DNA from: the human T2T-CHM13v2.0 reference genome, Homo sapiens
Length of the DNA stretch: 64,000 bases
NCBI RefSeq assembly: GCF_009914755.1
Contig: NC_060944.1
Strand: one strand, 5' to 3'
In this document: positions 33,240 through 47,222 of the stretch, piece after piece
Layout of the letters: each line of letters starts with the position of its first letter
Position numbering within the stretch: the stretch's first letter is position 1
The notes under the pieces: generated by a model
The model's database searches: none
What the model was told of the DNA's origin: nothing
The model's input: only the letters and a program-made list of their open reading frames with translations
Translations under genes and position numbers: made by a program

Positions 33240-33990
33240 ACCTACAGGCTCCTCAAATTTAGCTGGTCCAAAGTTCAACTATTTTATTTTTCTCCCACCA
33301 TAGCTTTTATCTTTCTAGATGTCTTATTTTGGTGAATTATACCACTATCCACTCAAGTTTCCTAAGAGAAACTCAAATCCTGTATCCCATAAATAGATCA
33401 CCCATATGTGCCCCACCCTTTTCCATTCATCTCACATGTGTACAATCATTCCCCTACCTGCTTGGCCATCCACAATGTCACTCTCCTACTCAGAAGTATT
33501 CAGTGGGGCCCCATCATTCCCCATAGGATCAAACCTCAATTTGTCTCTATGGCCTAAGGATGATCTGATCTTCCCTGTCCAGCCCCACTTCCCCTTCCAC
33601 AGGACACTTGAGCCTCCAGCAATAGTGGGCAGTATTGGATTTGTTGCTCTCCAAAGCACTTGCTCCTTTCTCACTTCTAGGGACCATTCCTCACGCTGCT
33701 CTCTCTCTCTCTCTCTGCCTGGAATCCCTTCGTCTGCCTACTCATCCTTTCAGGCTCAACTCAGAGGCTACTTTTTCTGCAACACCCTTCTGGCCTCCCT
33801 CAGAAGAACTTGCACTTTCCGTTTTCTGTTCCTATTGCACTGGTCACAGATCTGTTTTAGCAGTGATCTTGTTGGTAGTGTCTGGGTGCAAAGGGCTGCA
33901 TTTTCACATGTCTGTTATCTCACATTGACTGCCTGGGACATTATAGATGTTCAGTCATGTTTGTTAAGTAGAAGAATGGCTGAGTGAATT
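33240..33990 (+). mobile_element. L2 remnant
   Basis: L2-like 3' region (ctcatcctttcaggctcaactcag, tgtttgttaagtagaagaatg). Confidence 0.55.
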
Positions 33991-34780
33991 GTGGGCCAAG
34001 TTTTACCCATCTTCAGTGCTTAGGCTGCAGAAGGTAGAACTGAAAAGGTGAAACCAGAGTTAAACGTGGCTCATTCTCCTCCCACTTTTTGGAAGATATT
34101 TTTGTCTCCAGAATCTTCAGACCCATGAAGTCCATTCTGATCTGTGTTCCAGCCTTTAAGATGGACCCAAATGTATTTGTTTCTAGGTGGCTCACAGGTC
34201 TGAGCTTCCTGGGAGACCTGCAGACTAGAAATGGTGCAGGACTGGTCTGGGACAGGTTGACCAGCTCTTCAAGACTGAGACAGTGGGGTGAGAAATGCCT
34301 ACATCTGAACAATGAGAGTGGCAGCACTCTTTCTTTTGATTGGGCTTCCTTCCTGTGTTTTCTCAGAGCTTATAAATGAAGTTAGTATAGATGAATCCAA
34401 AGAACGGCAAGAATTTTCAGAGGGTGGATCGACAGAATAGATGGAAGAGCCCATTATCTGTATGAAGAGACTCAGGAAGTAAGGAGCTCCAAAAGCCACG
34501 AATAGATTCTAAACAGATATCCTGATTTCATCTTAAATGCTCTCTTGCTCATCTTTCCCTGATCCCCTCCAAATGTCTTCATTCCATCCGGTATTAGAAT
34601 TACTTACAGCACTGGTAAGACCTCTGCTAATGACACCTATTCTTCTAGGCAGGATAGGTTCTTACTGATTTACACTAATGAGAGCAAAATACACACACAC
34701 ACACACCCACACACAATTACAAATTCAGATGTTAAAGCACCAAATACATCTATTTGGATGAACATAGTAAAGTTTTAATT

Positions 34781-35230
34781 ATTTATGGTCACTTTTTGTT
34801 GCTCATGCTAATATATGCATTATTATGGTTAATATTTTTAACAATAATTTAACTTGCAAAGTGCTTTGGATGCATTTATTTAGTATGCTATAATTTCTGA
34901 ACAATGTACTCTGCAAAAAGAGGTGACTATTTGCATGAATACATATTTTTTGGCCTAGCAACTTAGTAAATGAGGATTTTAAAAATATATATTTCTAATA
35001 ATTTCTAATAATAAATAATCACTAGAATAGCTAGCATTTATTAATCATTTGTCATATTACACACATTGTGCTAAGAAGTGCTTTTTCATGGACTGTTTTT
35101 ATTCAATGCCCATTTTACAGATGAGGAAACTAAAGCACAGAGTAACTAAGTAACTGCTCAAAGTCACGCCTTTAGTGATTCCCTGGGATGGCCCTTCCCT
35201 GGTTTAATAGTCGTAGAGCCATAGCAAGGA
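34781..35230 (+). repeat. Local duplication, copy 1 (unique AT-rich sequence plus MIR fragment)
   Basis: Colinear match to 38085-38511, e.g. tttgttgctcatgctaatatatgcattattatggttaatatttttaacaataa and gagccatagcaagga. Confidence 0.95.
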
Positions 35231-35429
35231 GACATTGCTGCTTGCTGAAGTTTCTCACCTTAATGTCAAAGCTAACTGGCAGTGAACGTGCTGAAGAAGC
35301 AGAAGGTAGTGAAAGTGTTCATGCCCTGGAATCTGGGGACTGAATGAAGTTCTCATCTTACTCTTTCGTGGCTGTTTGTCATTCTCTGAGCAAGTGAGTG
35401 AATGGTGGTAACATCTGCTCTGCCTGCTT

Positions 35430-36071
<642 letters not shown>

Positions 36072-36879
36072 CTGCTCTGCCTGCTTCTATGGCCCCCCAG
36101 GGACTGGTATGCACATGTGCTGAGTTAATTGTATAAAAGTTATTTGCATGCTGGACCTGAGTGAGATCCTATTTCAGGAGCTTCATCTAGGCTCCCTCCC
36201 AATGGCCTTTCCCTTTCCTTCCTGTAAGAACAAGCCTACGGCAGAGAAGGAAGCTTCCCACGCAGTTTGCTACCACGCCTTATCAGCGGGAGGCCCCTGT
36301 GCCCTTGAGTGAACATGAGATAATTTTAGATGGAACATCTTTTTTGGGCTTAGGGGTTTATTTTAAGATTATTCAAAATACATGTACCTAGTACATCAAA
36401 TTGTGATTTCATCATCCTTATTATTATTTAAGGTGTTAGGTATATTTGTTTTTAAATAATAGTATAGTATTCTGTGGGTAAGGCAAAAATTAACGCAGGC
36501 AGGTGTAGATTTATGGTGTATCTAGTGACACTCATGTCCTTCAAGGCCCTTCTTTTGCCCAGATCCCTCCCAGTCCTGTGGGCAGTTTGCATTAGTAATT
36601 TCATATCCTTTCTCCTAAAGGGGGCTTCCAGAATAGAATGAATCTAAGGCCCCCTGAGACCTGGATCCTCCCTGTGTGACATGGACTGTGTAACCATTGC
36701 AGGAACTTCTTAGAATCTCTAAAAGAGAGATTTTCCTGAGTTCTGGCTGGCAGGGACACAACAGGAGCTAAGGAGAAGGAAAATGGTCTAGAAGAGTTTT
36801 TGAAAAATGAACTGAAGACATTAGTTACAGAAACTCGGTTAGGTCCCGCCGATGATCATTTCCATGTGGAGAGGAGCAT

Positions 36880-37310
36880 TCGAAGGCCACCCTCTTATAT
36901 CACTGTTGGGATGCTGATCCACCCAGATCTCCTCCTCTAGCCATGGTGGGAGTTGAATGTGATGGCTCTCAGTGGCCCTCTTCTCCAAGGCCTGCTCGAG
37001 GCCACGAGAACCTCTTCACCCAGGACACACTCAGACATACTGACTGGCACCAAAGCATAACAGTCAGCATGGCCCGCCTTGTCACCAGTGGGATAACTGT
37101 GGGGTATGAGTCATGCTCTCAAGATCCCTGGGGATGAGACCAGGCTAGACTTTCCCTGCAACCACTGGCTTGATCTGCTCTTTCTCCTTTCCTACCTGCC
37201 TTCCTCACTTCCATACAAGACCCTCCCTATATGCCTTGTGCATCCCAATATGCCTTGTGTAGTTAATCTCTACTTCAGGCTCTGCCTCTAGGAAATCTGA
37301 TCTAGGACTA
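36880..37310 (+). mobile_element. LTR16-like solo LTR
   Basis: Ends aatctctacttcaggctctgcctctaggaaatctgatctaggac. Confidence 0.5.
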
Positions 37311-38084
37311 AACCTTTCTTGACAGCCCTGCTACCTGGTTGATGTCCTAGGGTCACCCAGCGGTCTGAGGCCCTCTGCCTCCAGAGCAGTCCATGCCATG
37401 TGTGGGCAGCTCTGATCATTAGATAGGTCTTTCTTAGCTTGAGCCAGGCAGATGGAGCCTCGCTTTCAGAAGACAGCTCTCCTGCCCTACTCCTCTCCCC
37501 TTCCCAGTCCTCTCTTAAACTAAACTTTTCTAGGCCCTTCAGCTAGGCCTTTTGTGGCCAGGTTCCTGTTCTCTCACTTCCTGGGTTCTTTCCTTACCTC
37601 AATCCAGTGTTGCAAAATCCCACCATAGGTGCTCACTTAAGCTGAGCCCTTCATTCTCACTGAAGGTTGAGGACACTCAGAATAGGACTTCCACCAATAC
37701 GGATACTGCCTTGGATAAGCCCAAATGCTCATCAGGGATTTGGGCAACTCTGTCACTGAGCTTCAAACAAAAGATGCTCTCACGTGTGTTTCTAGTAGGC
37801 TGCACCTTGCCTCAGTGCACCCTCAAGCGATGTTTTCTGTAACCCCACTCACAGGATTTTGCATTTATTTCTGCTACTCTCATTTGTGAGCCTGTTGTCT
37901 CAGCCAGTTGAGTTGTATTTTGTATCCTAATTATTTCATCTGGTCCTATCTTTCCAAAGCATGTTACAACAATGATTGTAGGTATAGCCCTGAAGATTTT
38001 TAGCTGGAACTCAGATTAGCATTTTGTGATAATTTTATTTCATTTTTCAATTCTTATGAATTCAGTTTATAGCATAAAAGTATG

Positions 38085-38511
38085 ATTTATAGTCAATCTT
38101 TGTTGCTCATGCTAATATATGCATTATTATGGTTAATATTTTTAACAATAACTTGCAAAGTGCTTTGCATGCATTTATTTAGTATGCTGTTAATTTCTAA
38201 ACAATGTACTCTGTAAAAGGAGGTGAGTGACTATTTGCATGAATACATTTTATCTTGACCTTAGTAAACCAGGATTTTAAAAAAATTCTAATAATAAATA
38301 ATTATGAGAATAGCTAGCATTTATTAATCATTTATTATATTACACACATTGTGCTAAGAAGTGCTTTTTCATGAACTATTTCATTCAATACCCATTTTAC
38401 AGATGAGGAAACTAAGGCACGGGTAACTAAGTAACTGCTCAAAGTCACACTCTTAGTGATTCCCTGGGGTGGCCCTTCCCTGTTTTCATAGTCATGGAGC
38501 CATAGCAAGGA
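38085..38511 (+). repeat. Local duplication, copy 2
   Basis: Colinear match to 34781-35230 with scattered substitutions and small indels. Confidence 0.95.
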
Positions 38512-39012
38512 TGTAATTAGCACATCATATCCATTAGCTTCTTCTGCTATAGATTCAAGTTGAAAAGAGAGTAAATTTAAGGAAAATTCACAATCCTGTC
38601 TGATAGTTGGCAGCAAGCATTGGGAAGGCAGTACATGAATGACTGGTGTTTAGGAAACACTGATTTATAAGATTTGTCATTCTCTCTGCTTTAAGTCATC
38701 TATTAGCTTAACCTCTGTTCAATCCTTATCCTGGTTTAACTTCTTAGCAAACATCCTGCGCAGGACAGGCACGGAGGGAATCTTGGGGCCTACTCCTGTT
38801 TGGTGGCAATCCATCAACTGTGGCTCCTGTGTGCAGGCATTTAACTATTTTCTTGTCATCCTCTTAGGCACAAATTTTTTTCTTGCTAAAAAGGTGTCAT
38901 TATTTGTCAACTCCCTATTTGAAATTCAGATCCATGCAACAGTTTTTTTCTAATTTTATTTTTGTTATTGTTGGTGGTGGTGGTGGTGGTTTTTCTATTC
39001 GTTTGGTTTTGG

Positions 39013-39332
<320 letters not shown>

Positions 39333-40189
39333 TAATAGCCCTGCGAAGTACATAAGGAATATGGCTAAACTGACATAGCTTGTCTTGGGAAACCCAAACT
39401 GGACCCTGGGCTTGACCACGTTTTGGCTAAGATACACCATCTTGCAAAGAATTCCAAGAGCAATCATCTCTCAAATGGCCCTGGAGCCCACAGCTTCATA
39501 GCTGGAGAAGTCTACTGCCTTCTCTGTTTTTGAAGCCAAGGACCAACATTATCTACCAGCTTTGTCCAGCCCTCTTTAATTCTCCTGAGTGCTTGAAGGT
39601 GATCACAAATAATCTCACATGCATTTAACTTATAACCATAGTGTGGCAGTGAGTCCTCCAGATTGGAAAAGAAAATGCCTATAGAAGATCCAGGTACGCC
39701 CTTATGACCGCCAAATTGACTTCAGGATCCAGTCCCGCTTTTTAATGCTGGTCTCCTCTTCCTGTCTTACAGCCTTTAGGTGTTCAGCTGATGTAAATTA
39801 ATTGCTCCCATTGTCAAGGACTTTAGTAGGTTTGCTTTTCTTTTTTTCTTTTTTTTTTTTTTTGCTGCTAGTCAACCACATTGTGTTCCAAAAGTACCTT
39901 TAAAAAGGTATTTTATGGTTTTATTTAGCTTTGTTTTATTTGTAAAATACCCTTCTCCTGGGCTGTAGGCTTCTAGGCATTATTCACACAGATCCAGCAC
40001 ACTGTTTGGGGTACACTTAAGCCTCTAGAGCCCTTACCCATATTTGCATGCTGCCCAGCTGTGAGTTCATTGCAAAGGTGCAGACTCACCTGCTTGTGAT
40101 ACCTCTCCCTCTTAGCTACTGACTTATTTGTGGTGTCAGAACCCCATTTTCAAGAACTTCCCATTCTGTTTGATGGGAACGAGGGCACT

Positions 40190-40420
40190 TTTTATAGACT
40201 CCAACTCACCTTTAAACTTTGTGAAATCTCTGTTTGTAAACCACAAAATTTATCAGCACAACTGAGTTTCCCATTCCTAGCTTTTGTGAACATAAGGATG
40301 ACATAAGAATTTCCTCTTACAATGCCTCTCACTTCCACTTCCCCAATCAGTTCCTCCCCGTGAATCGGAAGTAAGTTGAGAATAGCAGCTCCACCCACAG
40401 CTTTCTGATCCTTCTGAGGG
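40190..40420 (-). mobile_element. CR1/L3 ORF2 remnant
   Basis: Translation GAAILNLLPIHGEELIGEVEVRGIVRGNSYVILMF resembles the CR1 endonuclease C-terminal motif (ILDL..TN.EELVGEVEV.G.LG.SDH.IL.F). Confidence 0.65.
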
Positions 40421-41619
40421 CTGAATCTGCCCACAAGTTAGGTCAAGTGTGTGTCAGAAATGGTTTTTATCACAGAGACACTATGAGAATATGTGCGGAC
40501 AGCTGAGTCTGCCACCTGTCTTTCTGCCTGATTTCTGCAGCAGGAATGAATCACTCACTTCCTGCGTTGATGGTGGCTGTGGCATCCTGTCATCACAGTA
40601 GCCCTTTTATTCTATTCCTCCATTCATCTCCATTATCTTCTAATATGAAAACCATTATGTAGGTGCATAGATTTATTTGTCCTTGACTTAACAGAGACAG
40701 CTTAGTACTCTCCAAAAGAAAAGAAAAAATATGTTTCTTATGAATGGAACATGATAAAATATGCCATCTCTTGGTTGCATTCTAACCGAGTGTCCCATTC
40801 CCTGTGATCTTGCTGACTCCTAGGAAGTTCTGCAGAGCTGATCATTTCCTCCACCATCCTAGGTCCATTTTTGCTTGTTCTGCTCTGTATGATCATTGGG
40901 ATGGTCCAACCGGCTACGTCGTCTGAGGCTCCCTTTGCTAACTGGCTTCCTGCTAGGCTTGGTTTGGCTCATGTGAAGCCCTGGTTGATAGGGTGGGTGG
41001 AAGGAAAGGAAAAGCCAGGGCATTTCACCACGTTTAATATACTAATGATTCAAATTTGTGCCTCAGCAAACATGCAGATTACCTGGGATCCTCAGCAGAG
41101 AATAATAGCTACCTCTGGAAATAGTAGGCTCATGAATGCTAAGAGGCTACTGAAATTGCCACCTATATGATGGGACGCTTTGGGTGAGAGGTTCATGGAG
41201 GTTCTGATTGATTGGGTTCTTGAAGAGTACATGAGCATTTTCCTGGCAGATCTACTCATGACAGACATCCCAGGAAGACAGAAGAGAAGATGAGCAGTTA
41301 TGGAAACCCAAAGTTGTATGGCGTGCTTGCAAATTGGATTAACTTATTAATTTGTAGGACTTTGGGGGCATGATAGGAGATGAAGCCAAAAAAAGAAAAA
41401 AAAATGGATTGAATCCAGTATATGAAGGACCCTCTGTAATAACTATGCTTTCTCCCAGGGGTGAGTTCACAGGAGCAACAGAGAGCTCTAGAGTGAGGAG
41501 GGTGGGAAGAACAATTTTGTATATCATCTACGTTGTATACTGGGCTTCTATAGGCTGTTGTGTTTGATGAAAGTGTGCCGGCTTAAAAAGTTCAAAAATC
41601 CACTGTTGTGACTATAGGA

Positions 41620-42035
41620 AATGTATTGGTCAGGGTTTTTAGATGCATACTAGAGAATCGCCTCTAGCTGGTTTAGGCAGGGAGGGGTACTGAGGAACAG
41701 AGTTCCCAAAGTCAAGGGATGGATCAAGCAGTGGGGTTTAGGCTGGGCTTCCCAAGTGACTCCCAGAATGGCCCACCAGAATCAGCCCACCAAGGGGTTG
41801 GCCACTACGGAAGGGGTCAGGAAGCTGCTGAATTGGGAGACCCCCTCAGGGCTGCTGCTCAGAGCAACTCCAGCTCTGCCATGGCCCCTGACCACAAAAT
41901 GATGCCCCTGACTCTGTCTCATTCCCTGCATCACTCAGTTCCCAACAAAGCCTTGTGGGAGCCCATCTGCGTGGTAGAATCTAAATCACGTAGCCATATC
42001 CCAGCAGCAAGGAGGCCAGAAAATGAGGTTTCTGT
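41620..42035 (-). mobile_element. MLT1-type LTR remnant
   Basis: tgtattggtcagggttttt start; MLT1K-like internal motifs. Confidence 0.5.
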
Positions 42036-42714
42036 TGTCTTATTTTTGCATCGTATGTTGGAAAGACAGAAATTATCCTGAACGACACTATCAAAATACG
42101 GATTGTGATCAAAAGATTTGGGGGATACCCAAATGATAGCAGTCCACCTCAGGAAGACATATTTTCCAAAGGAAGGGAGAGTAGGATGAAATTTGCATTT
42201 TAAAATATCATTTTTATGAAACCATTTGTTTTTTAGCCAAGGCCAATCCTGATGACTGTGTGAGGTCATGAGACTGCTGGTTTCTCTAACTAGCTTCACA
42301 TTTTTTTTTACCAAGTTCTCTAAAGCCAAGCTAGCTTTTCATTAACTTTTATGCCAGGCCTCAAATCTTCTTTTACTTACATGGCATGACCTTAGAATCC
42401 TTTCTTGGCCTCTCTTTCATGCTTCATTCTTGTGCAGTTTGGTGAAGACCCCCTGCACTCTCAGGTGTAGCATCTTCCTGCCACATGAGGGATACCTTAA
42501 TAATATGACCATCAGCCACAAGCCTCAGCCCTTTCCAATGTCATGTCCCACAGTGCATAACATACCAGCAAATGTTTATCACAACCTACTCAAGGCCAGT
42601 CATTCAGTTTCCAGGACTCTCAATGAGGTTGGGCCGGAATTTCCTGTTGCTGTGGAATAAAGCATGAACAACTGCCACATGATGTGTTGCTAAAATGAAT
42701 GCAGTATCATTAGC

Positions 42715-43120
42715 ATGGTGGACACTGTGATGCACCACCAGATGCCCCTTAAGGAGGGACTTGTTGCCCGGCTGCTGGGAGTGCTGACCATGGGGAGTCT
42801 ATAGCTGCCACCAGCCCCTGCAGGGGTACCTTGGCTGAAGGGGGCTGCCTAGGCAAGGGTCATGCCATGCCCAGGGATACCCACATCCAGCGATGACTGA
42901 TGCTGGTGGGGGTACAATGGCATAGCCATCTCACCCCACCTCGGGACACCCCTATAAGGTTGACTCATCCTGAATCCTGAACCTCATCTCCATGTCCCCG
43001 TGTCCACTCCTGCTTCCTTCCCATTCCACAGGCACTGATCCCACGGGCGCTCCTTAATAAGTCTCTTGTACCCTAAACTCTGTCTCCAAGTCTGCTTCTG
43101 GGAGACCCCAACCCATGACC
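42715..43120 (+). mobile_element. LTR16C-like solo LTR
   Basis: gacactgtgatgcaccacc...ctaaactctgtctccaagtctgcttctgggagacccaacc. Confidence 0.65.
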
Positions 43121-44659
43121 ATCAGCCTCTTCTAGAAGTACACAGATGCCCCAGCATGCCACACTCCGGGTAGATACTCCACCCTCCCAGGGCACCCAAT
43201 TCACCTTAGAAATGTGAAGCTGCCAACTGCTCTCAGCAAGGAGATGTCTGGTACTTGGTGCTTGGAAGTAGTTTCGTTCGTCTAAAAACGTAACATAAAT
43301 TTTTACATTAACATTTTTTAACCTGAAAAAATTGAATTCTAGTTAGTGATATGTATGTTAGAAGTATTTAGTGGGAAGTACAGACATCCAAGTTTTTCTT
43401 TTAAATGCACCAAAAGTAAGATGGATTGAGGGATGCGTAGAGGGAGGTAGAGATGGAAAAATATGGATAAAACAAATATTGTAAAATGTCAGTGGTAAAA
43501 TCTTGGTGGTGTGTATGTGAGTGTTCACTGAAAAATTATTTCAATTTCACTCTGTTTGAAACTTTTTATTTTAAAGTATTGGGAAAATAAATAGGTGTGA
43601 CTGAATAGGAAGAGTAGACCGAGATTGTTTTATGAACTGATTTCAAAGATAAAGTTAAGCCCGTCAAGTACTTGAGATTATATCAGTGTAATTTCCCTGA
43701 TACATTTGAACCCATCGTTTATTTAGCAAACATTCGTTGAGCAGGTACAATGAGCTTGGATATACAGTAAGTGTTCCAGGGAGGACAAAGAAATATAAGA
43801 GCTATATTCTGCAAGTTTATTGTAGTAGATACAATAAATACATATGGAAAGTTAAATAGTAATAGTTCATATCACCCTAGACATAGACTTTTAAAATACA
43901 TGGATTCTCCTTCTTATAGGAGATAGCTACAAAGCAAAACACAAACAAAAACAAATGCATGTATTGGTTCTACCATACAGATAATGTTTCTAGCAATGAA
44001 TAATAACAATTATAATAATAATGATAGCAGATCTTACACAGTGTTCGCCATGTACCTGGCAGTGTTCCAAGGGCTTCACCTATTTCAATGCATTTCATCC
44101 GTACACTGTGTGGTGGTGAGAATGTATCTGCAGATTTGCAACTAAAGGGGACGTGACTGGCCGAGGGCACCACCTGCTGTGCTCTCTAATCCATCACTAA
44201 ATTTCTAAGCCAGTGGCTGAGCCCAGTGGGGATACTAAGGCAAGCACATTCCCAAGGACGCAGGCGGCCTCTGATAGTCATCGCTGGCTCTGTGACTCCC
44301 AGATGGCCTTGCCAACCTTTCTAAGCCAGCATGGTGATCTAGGATGCTGTCCCCAACCTTCCTTCCTCCCCACTCTCCTTTACAGAGACAAGACCTGTGT
44401 GGCATCCCGATGGCTCTCCCCACCTCCCTAGACTGCCTCCCTCTTGCTCCCCACTGTCCCTCCCAGGGCTAATTTTTGGAAATAGTAAAAAAGACTCACC
44501 CTCAAGCACGCCTTTCAAAGGCAAACCAACCACTCTGTAGCCCACATCCCAGCCACCTCTTTCATGTGCTCCCACCCTCCGGGCCATGACCCACCAGCCC
44601 TGATCACCCCGGGGCCAGGTACCAGACAACCAGGGACAGCCCCTTCCTTAGTCCCTCAG

Positions 44660-45013
44660 TGCCCCAGACTGGGTAACTTAGAAACAATAGGCATTTATTC
44701 TTAACAGTTCTGGAGTCTAGGAAGTCCAAGAAGAAGACACCAGCAGGTTCAGTGTCTGGTGAGGGCTGCTCTCTGCTTCCAGGTGTTGCTGCATCTTCTG
44801 GAGGGGACGAATGCTCTGTCCTCATGCAGCAGAAGGGACAGAAAGGGCCAACTCACCTCCTCAAGCCCTTTGGTAAGACCCTAATCTATTCATAAGGGCA
44901 GGTCCCTCATGGCCTTCTCCCCTCCTAAGGGCCCCACCTCTTAACACTGTTGCACTGAGGATTAAGTTTTAACATGAATTTTGAAGGAGGCACAGACATT
45001 CAAACCACAGCAG
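44660..45013 (-). mobile_element. MST/MLT1A-type LTR nested in another LTR-like sequence (about 44430-45290)
   Basis: ccagactgggtaacttagaaacaatagg...cagacattcaaaccacagca. Confidence 0.75.
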
Positions 45014-45295
45014 CCCCTATGCTCCAGAGCCTAATGAAATTATTCAAACCACCCACTCCTAAGCCGGATTACCCTGCCCTACATGTTCCTCCCCACGGAA
45101 ACCACCGTGAAAGCTCCCGCCCACAGTTTTCCCCTCACCTTCTGCCTCTAACAGACCTTGGTGCTTCCCTGTGTGGCCCCTGACAACGTGGCAAGCCCTC
45201 CTCTTGGGATCTGTGAGTAACAAACCGTCTTTTCAATGATAGTCATCTCCTGATATGCTGGTCTTGCCAAAACAAAATCATAATAAAACCTATAT

Positions 45296-45503
45296 CTATA
45301 TATAGATAGATAGATATAGGTTATATATATATATTTTAACTTTAAGTTCCAGGATGCACGTGCAGAACATGCAGGTTTGTTACGTAGGTATACGTGTGCC
45401 ATGGTGGTTTGCTGAACGTATTGACTCATCCTTTATGTTTCCTCCCCTCACTCCCGACTCCCCAACAGGACCCGGTATGTGTTGTTCCCCTTCCCGTGTC
45501 CAC
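45296..45503 (-). mobile_element. Very short 5'-truncated L1PA 3' UTR insertion
   Basis: L1PA 3' end; tail decayed to TA/GATA repeats; TSD ataaaacctatat. Confidence 0.85.
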
Positions 45504-46844
45504 ATAAAACCTATATTTTTTAAAAGCCAGTTAAGTACAAATGTCCCTTGGTGTTCAGCTTTTCTGAGTTACTGTTTACAACGTGTTGAGCTCTTAAAAT
45601 AGCAAGAATGCCAAGAATATTTTGCTCTCAATTACTTGGTTTTATGGTCTTACATGCACAAGGAAGAGAACAGAAGGTATCTCTATATGAGTAGTGAGTG
45701 TAGCAGTGCGCTTGGGGCCCCACCAGATCTTCAAGCCTGGGCTGGTGCCCCACCGTGTTAGGAGTGGTGGCTGCTAACTGGCCTCCCTCCCCAGGAGATT
45801 CTCCCCTATGAGATGCAAGGCAGCCCACAGCCCGTGGCTGACTAGCACAGGGGTGCAAAAGTGCAGTCCCCTCGCCCCAGTGCAGGACCAAATCTGTGTT
45901 CAAACCCCAGAGCTCCCTGCAGGCTTAGGCTGAGGTTGGCATCCTGCTGAGGTCCCATTCCCCTGCCCCCTCCTGCTTGTCCCCGTCCCCTTCTCCTGAG
46001 AGCTTTCCTCCACCACATCGCCTGCACAAGGATCCCCTGTGAGTGAGACCCCCAGTGGCCTGGTAACCCACAACTAAGCATCACATGAAATGTGGAGGGA
46101 CCTTGTGCTGGGTGCAAGGTTTTCCCCTAGTGTGTGTAATGGTTATGGATCATTTAGTGACTCCTGCTAATCTCCTTAGTACAGACTGTCAGAGCCTAGT
46201 TAATGGATCAGCCCATAGGCAGCTCCCTAAATATTCCACCTATAAAGAACATGAAATAAACCACTGGCATGAGCAGCAGATTACCTACGAGCAAATTCAC
46301 ATCCCCTCATTCAGCTTTTTGCTTAAGTGGGAAGATGCAACTGGGACCCATTTTTGCCAAAGTGGAAGCTGCCTATGGGTGACAATAGCAGGGAGAAGGG
46401 ATAGCCCATGTTTATGGGGCACTTGCTTGGTGCCAGGTACCCTGCTAAGCACAGGAAGGACAAATGGCCTAACCCAAATCGCACAGCTAGTAAGCAGCAG
46501 CATTCAGCCCCACAGCTGCAACCTCCCACCCAGTGCGACGCTCTGGTTCCCTGACAGGCTCCTCCTCCTGCCCTCCCACCCCCTTAAAAGTGGAGGAGCA
46601 AATCAAGAATACTGGTGTGAAGGGAGGCACCTCATGGCTGGCCCTGTTGGCTGTATTTAGTCTTCAGATTTCATAAATATGCAAACTAGGAAAATAGAAT
46701 GATCTTCGGTCTTTTTAGTTTTTTCTTTTGTTTTTGTATTATTCTTATCTTTTGTGGTAACATGTAGACCTGACATCCCAATCTTCTGTCTTTTAAGTTG
46801 TATAATAAATAATGTTCATCATTCTCTTTAAAACTTGACTCTAG

Positions 46845-47222
46845 GCCAGGCACAGTGGCTCACACCTGCAATCCCAGCACTTTGAGAGACTGAGGCAAGA
46901 GAATCCAGGAGGTCAAGGCTGCAATAAGCCAAGAGCAAGCCACTGCGCTCCAGCCAGGGCAACAGAGCAGGACCCTGTGAAGAAAAGAGAGAGAGAGAGA
47001 GAGAGAAAGAAAGAAAGGAAGGAAAGAGAGAAAGAGAGAGAGAGAAAGAAAAAGAGAGAGAGAAAAAAGAGAAAGAGAAAGAAAAAGACAGAAAGAAAGA
47101 GAAAAAGAGAAAGAGAAAGAAAGAGAAAAAGAAAGAAGAAAGAAAGAAAGAGGGAGGAAGGAAGAAAGGAAGGAAGGGAGGGAGGAAGGAAGGAAGGAAT
47201 GAAGGGAAGAAGGAAGGGAGGG
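46845..47222 (+). mobile_element. Monomer-length AluJ/FRAM-like element with ~240-bp polypurine tail
   Basis: Alu 5' start joined to right-arm end, followed by (GA)/(GAAA)/(GGAA) tract 46980-47222. Confidence 0.85.

Noticed and set aside
33406-33987. 193-aa plus-strand ORF
   Set aside because: Lies in a pyrimidine-rich L2 remnant that is naturally poor in stop codons
46085-46660. 191-aa ORF
   Set aside because: No family resemblance, partly MIR-like sequence, no supporting signals
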